A DNA stretch of 64,000 bases. Source: Candidatus Saccharimonadia bacterium. Lineage in GTDB: Bacteria > Patescibacteriota > Saccharimonadia > UBA4664. This document shows, piece after piece, positions 58,384 through 64,000 of the stretch. Under the pieces are notes generated by a model. That model saw only the letters and a program-made list of their open reading frames with translations. It was not told where the DNA came from and did not search any database. The position numbers were made by a program, and so were the translations under genes. The stretch is taken from NCBI GenBank assembly GCA_035544015.1, contig DATKIP010000076.1, forward strand, positions 192,299 to 256,298. The letters run 5' to 3'. The first letter of the stretch is position 1. Each line of letters begins with the position of its first letter.

Positions 58384-58819
58384 AAGCATATTGGGCGTTT
58401 TCATAACCCTCGGCTTAACCGCAGCCGTATTTGCGCCGCAGCCGGCCCACGCCACGTTTGATCCCGTTTACGACGTGCAGGGCTTCGTGCACGACGAGAC
58501 CGGTAAGCCCGTTGAGGGCGCGGACGTTTACATCGTTTGCGGTGGCGTAGAAGTAGAACTCACCAGATCGGACGTGGACGGTTCGTACCATTCCAATATG
58601 GACCAATGCCAGGTTGACTGGACCATCCAGGTAGACGTCCGCGCCCCCGGCGCCCGCCTTGGTAGTGCCTCCAGCATCGGGAGCCCGCACATGCACCTCG
58701 ATGTTGTCGTCAGAGCAAACACTTCCATCCCCGAGTACGGCTGGCTCGGCGGCCTCATGGCCGGGGGTGCCGGCGCTGGCGCCATCGCCTACGCCCGTCG
58801 CCAGTGCGCGCGTCCTTAA
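58376..58819 (+). CDS. Sorting-signal family paralog 4
   Basis: Signal peptide. Cys pair (IVCGG...DQCQVD). C-terminus IPEYGWLGGLMAGGAGAGAIAYARRQ. 8-nt overlap with paralog 3. Confidence 0.6.
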   Translation: MPKSILGVFITLGLTAAVFAPQPAHATFDPVYDVQGFVHDETGKPVEGADVYIVCGGVEVELTRSDVDGSYHSNMDQCQVDWTIQVDVRAPGARLGSASSIGSPHMHLDVVVRANTSIPEYGWLGGLMAGGAGAGAIAYARRQCARP

Positions 58820-58865
58820 CCCCGTCTGCTCGGAATATCATTATTTTTACGAAAGGTAGGACCAA

Positions 58866-59342
58866 ATGAAGCGACGAACAATAATAAAATCAAACATAAT
58901 AACCAGTACCCTTTTGGCGGCAGCGGTGGCAATAGCCAGCTTCGCGCCGCGGCCGGCCGACGCCGCCGTCAACGATTCAGTTCAGCTTACCGGGCTCGTC
59001 ACGATTCAGGGCCACCCCATGCCCGGGCTCGAAGTTGACATCGAATGCTGGAGCACGGGGTTCCAGGCTCACGCCGTCACCAACGGCAGCGGCATCTATT
59101 CCCACTTCGCGACCGAAGCGTTCTGCCCCCTTGGCTCGCAGCTGAAAGTACGGTTTGAGTCAGTCGGCTTGAGCGGGTATGTCGGCTTCAACTACAACAC
59201 GATTCAGAAGGTGACGGTGACAGATATTAGTCTGGTGCGCAAAAATGTTGTCCCGGAGTACGGTTGGCTGGGCGGGTTGCTAGCTGGTAGCGCCGGGATT
59301 GGTGCGATGGCCATAATGCGCCGCCGGTACGTCAGCTTATGA
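58866..59342 (+). CDS. Sorting-signal family paralog 5
   Basis: Signal peptide. Cys pair (IECWS...EAFCPLG). C-terminus VPEYGWLGGLLAGSAGIGAMAIMRRRY. Confidence 0.6.
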   Translation: MKRRTIIKSNIITSTLLAAAVAIASFAPRPADAAVNDSVQLTGLVTIQGHPMPGLEVDIECWSTGFQAHAVTNGSGIYSHFATEAFCPLGSQLKVRFESVGLSGYVGFNYNTIQKVTVTDISLVRKNVVPEYGWLGGLLAGSAGIGAMAIMRRRYVSL

Positions 59343-59803
59343 AAAAGCCACTGTCAATAGTATCTCTGGCCGCTGTTTCCGCCGCAGCCCTCTTGGCCGC
59401 CCAGCCAACCCAAGCCGCCGGTACCAGCACCATCGCTGGCCCGGTCATCAAGCAGCGCCAGCCGGTAGTTGGCGTCGTGGTCTCAGTGTACTGCGGCCGG
59501 ATGGAAGAGCACCACCATGTGGCCGATAGCGCACCCACCGACGCTACCGGCCACTATCGTGTCACCATCACCGAGGCCCAGTGCCCGCGCGGCCATTACG
59601 CGCAGGTATTCGCCGGCACGAGCTTCGAATGGGTCGGCCTATCCGCGGGCAATCTAGCCGAAAACAACCGTTTCGATATTTACCTCGAACATCGTACCTC
59701 AATACCCGAATACAGCTGGTTGGCCGGCTTGCTCGCCGACAGTGCAGGCTTTGGCGCAATTGCCATGATGCGCCGGCGCCAGGTGGCTCACCGAGAACAA
59801 TAA
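59339..59803 (+). CDS. Sorting-signal family paralog 6
   Basis: Signal peptide. Cys pair (VYCGR...AQCPRG). C-terminus IPEYSWLAGLLADSAGFGAIAMMRRRQ. ATGA overlap with paralog 5. Confidence 0.6.
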   Translation: MKKPLSIVSLAAVSAAALLAAQPTQAAGTSTIAGPVIKQRQPVVGVVVSVYCGRMEEHHHVADSAPTDATGHYRVTITEAQCPRGHYAQVFAGTSFEWVGLSAGNLAENNRFDIYLEHRTSIPEYSWLAGLLADSAGFGAIAMMRRRQVAHREQ

Positions 59804-59830
59804 GCATCACCACGAAAGGCAGGCCCCAGA

Positions 59831-60280
59831 ATGAACAAGATAGTAGCAGGAATATCCCTCATCGCAGCCGTAATCGCCGTAAGTTTGGCACCGCACGCCG
59901 CCCATGCCGCGGCCCAGTACCAATTCGAAGGCTACGTTTACGACTCCGACGGCCAACCCGTACCCCAGGCGCCGGTCACCGTAGACTGCTATACGCACGG
60001 GGGGATAACTCCCATCCTTGGCACCACCAATGTCTTCGGTCACTTCATCATAGACTACTCCACCGACGTGTGTCCCGATGGCTCGGGCATCACCGTGTCG
60101 GCCAAAACCGCCGATGAATTTGGCTCTACCGACGCGATGGCATTCGGCGGAACCTTCATCAATCTCGATCTCCACAAAGTCATCTCCGTGCCAGAGTACG
60201 GCGGCCTCGCCGGCGCACTGGCCGCCGGAGCCGGCATCGGCGCCCTTGCCTACACCCGTCGCCGCCACGCGCAGCTATGA
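59831..60280 (+). CDS. Sorting-signal family paralog 7
   Basis: Signal peptide. Cys pair (VDCYTHGG...DVCPDG). C-terminus VPEYGGLAGALAAGAGIGALAYTRRRH. Confidence 0.6.
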   Translation: MNKIVAGISLIAAVIAVSLAPHAAHAAAQYQFEGYVYDSDGQPVPQAPVTVDCYTHGGITPILGTTNVFGHFIIDYSTDVCPDGSGITVSAKTADEFGSTDAMAFGGTFINLDLHKVISVPEYGGLAGALAAGAGIGALAYTRRRHAQL

Positions 60281-61560
60281 CCGCCCAGCCCAAAACCATC
60301 CTCATCACCCACGTCTACTCCAGCGACAACAAGGGCGACGCCGCGCTCACCAGCGTCTTAATCCAAGACCTCAAGCGGAAATTCCCGAGCGCCACTCTTA
60401 CCATCCTCAAGCTTGAATCCGTCGAGCCGGGCGGGCGGTTTGAGGGCGTGCCCGAAAAACCCAGCTTCATGTATTACGTGGCCAATCGATACCGCCACCC
60501 GCTCCTCAAGCTCGCCTACGCCCTCGCCATGATGGCCGCCACTTTGGCGTGGGCGGCCTGGTATCGCCTCACGGGCTGGCACGGCTATTTGCCGCCGCAT
60601 CTGCGCCACATCGCTCGGCTCTACGAGCAGGCCGACCTCATCGTGCCGGTGGGCGGTGGCTACATCCGCAGCCGCCAGGGGCTCGTGATGCGCTTCAATG
60701 TCCCGCTGCTGCTCCATCCGTTGCTGTTTGGCTACCTGTTGCGCAAACCCACCGTGCTGTATTCGCAGTCCATCGGCCCATTTCACGGCCGGCTCGACGA
60801 GCGATTGGTGGCCTTTGTGCTCCGGCGCATGACGCTCATTCTCCTGCGCGAGGACACCTCCGCCGCCCTATTAAAAGATTTAGGCGTCACGCGCAACGTT
60901 AAACGCGCCATCGACTCCGGCTTTCTGCTCACAAGCTCGCACAAAGCAGATATTCGCAACCAATATCACATTCCAGCCGACCGGCTGTTGGTGGGCGTCA
61001 CGGTACGGTCGTGGCTAAAGGGGGAGGCCCAACGCACCTACGAAGCCGCCGTCGCGGCCGCCCTAGACGACCTCCTCGAAACCTCGGCCGCGCATGTCAT
61101 ATTCATCCCCCAGGTCACGGCCAACAAAGGCGACGACGATCGCGTGGTCAGCCATCGAGTGCGCGACCTCATGCATCATCCCGCGGCCACCACCGTCGTC
61201 GATGGCACACCCGATCACCACCGCATCAAAGCCCTGTACGACAACCTCGATATCCTCCTCGGCACGCGCTTCCACTCTGTGATCTTCTCGCTTACCTCCT
61301 ACGTACCCGTGCTAGCCATCGAGTACGAGCACAAAACCAGCGGCATTATGCACGACCTCAAACTCGATCGCTGGGTCATAAAGATCGAAGACGTCACGTC
61401 GGCCAAGCTTATCGAGCAGTTGCACAGGCTCGTGCGAGAACAGCCCCATTATCGCGCCCATCTGCGCAAATACCTGCCGCAATATATCTTGCGGGCCGAG
61501 AAAACCGTCGACATGCTCGCAGATAGCTACTTTGCCGCGGCTCAGTATCGCGCAAAATAA
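60277..61560 (+). CDS. Polysaccharide pyruvyl transferase family protein (CsaB/WcaK-like)
   Basis: N-terminal ILITHVYSSDNKGDAAL and C-terminal GTRFHSVIFSLTSYVPVLAIEYEHK regions typical of PS_pyruv_trans. ATGA overlap with paralog 7. Confidence 0.7.
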   Translation: MTAQPKTILITHVYSSDNKGDAALTSVLIQDLKRKFPSATLTILKLESVEPGGRFEGVPEKPSFMYYVANRYRHPLLKLAYALAMMAATLAWAAWYRLTGWHGYLPPHLRHIARLYEQADLIVPVGGGYIRSRQGLVMRFNVPLLLHPLLFGYLLRKPTVLYSQSIGPFHGRLDERLVAFVLRRMTLILLREDTSAALLKDLGVTRNVKRAIDSGFLLTSSHKADIRNQYHIPADRLLVGVTVRSWLKGEAQRTYEAAVAAALDDLLETSAAHVIFIPQVTANKGDDDRVVSHRVRDLMHHPAATTVVDGTPDHHRIKALYDNLDILLGTRFHSVIFSLTSYVPVLAIEYEHKTSGIMHDLKLDRWVIKIEDVTSAKLIEQLHRLVREQPHYRAHLRKYLPQYILRAEKTVDMLADSYFAAAQYRAK

Positions 61561-61578
61561 GCATAATGGAGATAAACC

Positions 61579-62091
61579 ATGACCCAGCCTATCCAAAATC
61601 GACTAGCAACCCATGTTGCCATCCTGCGCCTGGCGTTTGGCGCCATTTGGGCCGTCAACGCCGCCCTGAAATGGATGCCTTCGTTCGCGAGCAGCTTTCT
61701 CGATTCCGTTAACGGTGGCGCCCAAGGCCAGCCGGCTTGGTTGGGCCCATGGTTTCATTTTTGGAGCCAAGTTTTAGGCAGCCAGCCCCAGGCTTTTGCC
61801 AGCCTGGTGGCGGTCCTCGAGAGCGCGATAGCAATAGCGTTGATTACTGGCTTTGCCCGGCGAACCATCTATCTTGGCGCCGCCGCCATGAGCCTGCTTA
61901 TCTGGGCGATTCCTCAGGGATTTGGCGGCCCCTACACGAGCGCCTCGACCGACATCGGAGCCGGGATCGTCTACGCGATGGTCTTCTTTGCCCTTTATGG
62001 GCTAGAGAGGCTGGCAACACCCGCGCGCTGGGCGGTCGATAATCTCATCATCCGCAAGCTGCCATGGTGGAGCGTCGTCGCCAGCCCTTAG
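61579..62091 (+). CDS. DoxX-like integral membrane protein
   Basis: 170 aa, 4 TM helices. LRLAFGAIWAVNAALKW resembles DoxX. Confidence 0.4.
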   Translation: MTQPIQNRLATHVAILRLAFGAIWAVNAALKWMPSFASSFLDSVNGGAQGQPAWLGPWFHFWSQVLGSQPQAFASLVAVLESAIAIALITGFARRTIYLGAAAMSLLIWAIPQGFGGPYTSASTDIGAGIVYAMVFFALYGLERLATPARWAVDNLIIRKLPWWSVVASP

Positions 62092-63977
62092 CCGATCACC
62101 GAATAGTCAAAATTCAAAATCGACCCGCCCTGCAGCGCCGCGCGCGTAGAGATCGTAAACCCCGTAGTGCTGCGTGCCGACACGTACAGCGCCGCCGCCA
62201 CCGCCGAGTGATCGGTAATCATAATGCTCAGCGGCGTCGCCAGAAACGCGCGCGAAAACGCCACTGTGCAAATCACCCCCGCCGCGGTGGGGGAGGGCCG
62301 CACCGCGGCCGAAATATTGCCGGCGATGTCGCGCACCTGTATCCCGGGGTTGGCGTACGTCACTTGCGCGCCCGCCGTCACGCGCGCCGGCGTCCCCACC
62401 CCCAACGGCCGGCCGTTCGAATCAATCGCCAATCCCTGGATGTTGTACGTCTCATCCTGAAACTCCATCAGCCGATTCGTTGCTACGCTCGAGGGCCGCA
62501 CAATCGCCAGCCCCTTGTCCCCGTCGGCCGCCGCGCGGATCAGCATCGATATATTCGTGACCGGAGTAGAATTTATCCCCACATACCCCTTCGTGGCCTC
62601 GATCTGAAATTTCCCGGCCGCAAACCGTGCCGCCCCACTAGCCCCCACCACGCGCCACTTTTCGGTCGCATACGCATCGGAGAACCCGGCCGTATCCACG
62701 CCGTTGGGCACTATCAGCGCCGGCCGCGTGGAGTTGGCATCCACCTTCACTAAGTCTTTGCCCGTGACGTGATCCGTCACGCGAAACGACGCCGGTGCAT
62801 GAATCGGCAGCTCCAGCCCCATATGCGGGTCGCCTTCGAGCATCGTGGTGGCCTCGCCCATGATATCCTCGCCGCGGTTGATCCAAATGCACGCCACCAT
62901 CACCTCGGTGGCTGCCGGCTCAATGAAGAATGTGGCTTGTGCCGGGTCTTCGGTGGGGTAAAACGTACTGACCTCGTGATACATGTGTGGAGTGCCGCCC
63001 AGAACATGCGTCAGGCTGTTCGCCAGCCCCGTAGCGAAGCCCCATTGCACGTACACGTTTGTCATAAAGATTTGCGTGCCCGAATCCTCAATGGCGTTAA
63101 TGGGCGTGCTGTACCCAGTATCAAAGGCCATCATCGCCATATACAGTTGACTCACATAGACGACTGTGCAGCCGTCCGCTATCTGAAACGCCGCCCCGGC
63201 CAGCACCGACGATTCCATTTTGCACGCCACCATGAAAATGCCATTCAATTTGCTTGCCGATCCGTTGGCCGCACCATCGAGCCGCAACGCTCCGTTGCGA
63301 AAACCCTCCCAGCGACACGTTACAAAGTGGATCTGATTCGTATTATCAAGGCTATATCCAAAGCTTCCCACGGGTAGACTATTGCGCAGGAGCGTAGCCG
63401 GTGCGCTTGCGCTGCCACAATCCTCCCAGGCGCAGCTTTCAAAGCGCGTATCCCAGACCTCCGCCAGGTCCACTGCTGTACCCTGGCAGTGAATAAAATT
63501 AAGATCACGGAAAATAAAGTTATCAGCGTAGTACGAACGAACCAAGAGCCCCGGCAACCCGCCACCGTCGATCATCAAGTTGGTGAGCGAGCAATATCGC
63601 AAATGCCCAATCGTGGTCGCCGTGCCGCTGATATCAATGAGCGGCGCCGTGCCGCTCAAGCGTACCAGCCGCGTCCCAAACCGCGCCGCCCCCGACAGCG
63701 CCGTGCCTTTATTGCTAATCTTGAGCCCCCGGATCATAAACACCCCCCGCGGGAATTCCACCAGACCCCCGCCCACCGCCGCGTTTATCGCAGCCTGGAT
63801 GGCGTTGGTGTCGTCGGTCACCCCGTCGCCGACCGCGCCATAATCCGCCACGTTAATCGCCAGCTGCTGCGATGGCGGCAGCGCCACATCTCCCGCCGAC
63901 TTCCACACCAGGTCGTTGCCATTGTTGGATAGGACCAGATTGTTCAGGTTGGCTCCGGTTGGATTGGTGGTGCGCAT
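62088..63977 (-). CDS. Secreted right-handed beta-helix protein (pectate-lyase-superfamily / glycanase-like)
   Basis: ADYGAVGDGVTDDTNAIQAAINAA N-terminal motif of the Pectate_lyase_3/GH28-like beta-helix, then a long Gly/Asn-rich repeat region. ATG at 63977. Confidence 0.7.
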   Translation of the reverse strand: MRTTNPTGANLNNLVLSNNGNDLVWKSAGDVALPPSQQLAINVADYGAVGDGVTDDTNAIQAAINAAVGGGLVEFPRGVFMIRGLKISNKGTALSGAARFGTRLVRLSGTAPLIDISGTATTIGHLRYCSLTNLMIDGGGLPGLLVRSYYADNFIFRDLNFIHCQGTAVDLAEVWDTRFESCAWEDCGSASAPATLLRNSLPVGSFGYSLDNTNQIHFVTCRWEGFRNGALRLDGAANGSASKLNGIFMVACKMESSVLAGAAFQIADGCTVVYVSQLYMAMMAFDTGYSTPINAIEDSGTQIFMTNVYVQWGFATGLANSLTHVLGGTPHMYHEVSTFYPTEDPAQATFFIEPAATEVMVACIWINRGEDIMGEATTMLEGDPHMGLELPIHAPASFRVTDHVTGKDLVKVDANSTRPALIVPNGVDTAGFSDAYATEKWRVVGASGAARFAAGKFQIEATKGYVGINSTPVTNISMLIRAAADGDKGLAIVRPSSVATNRLMEFQDETYNIQGLAIDSNGRPLGVGTPARVTAGAQVTYANPGIQVRDIAGNISAAVRPSPTAAGVICTVAFSRAFLATPLSIMITDHSAVAAALYVSARSTTGFTISTRAALQGGSILNFDYSVIG

Positions 63978-64000
63978 ATGGCGAATCCCAATCGACCGAC

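Noticed and set aside
55942-60280. Possibility that the seven-fold repetition is a CRISPR array or DNA-level tandem repeat
   Set aside because: The repeats are about 450-480-bp protein-coding paralogs with divergent nucleotide sequence. There are no short identical direct repeats with unique spacers, and no cas genes.

Overview
The window is high-GC (about 62-65 %) bacterial chromosomal DNA. It carries a compact core-gene backbone: ruvX-mltG, obg, an MsbA-like ABC exporter, murA and a Mur-ligase gene, leuS, yceD-rpmF, nusB, a NUDIX gene, rnc, smc, rpsP-KH-trmD, tatAC, glnA-like, tdh/kbl, three tRNAs and a two-component system. This backbone is interrupted by lower-GC accessory patches next to tRNA genes: a hicBA pair after tRNA-Ala, and a roughly 6 kb low-GC island after tRNA-Gln. 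The most unusual region is a single translationally coupled operon at about 55.9-62.1 kb. It encodes an exosortase/archaeosortase-family membrane protein and seven tandem paralogous small secreted proteins. Each paralog has a signal peptide, a transthyretin/CarboxypepD_reg-like core with a conserved Cys pair, and a C-terminal [IV]PE[YF]G - hydrophobic helix - RRR sorting signal; one copy is frame-disrupted. The operon is followed by a polysaccharide pyruvyl transferase, a DoxX-like membrane protein and a convergent pectate-lyase-fold beta-helix protein, and is preceded by a divergent HK/OmpR pair and tatAC. A second notable locus is sodN (Ni-SOD with the HCDLPCGVY Ni-hook) followed by a SodX-type S26 peptidase that is fused, through a transmembrane segment, to a PQQ-type glucose/sorbosone-dehydrogenase beta-propeller. 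Other features include a large secreted M23-like/TSP3/FG-GAP propeller protein, three PadR regulators (one overlapping a LysM-CHAP hydrolase gene in antisense), a membrane-anchored class-A beta-lactamase-like protein, an ANT-like nucleotidyltransferase and a multicopper oxidase. All calls come from reading the sequence and ORF translations by eye; no database searches were run.
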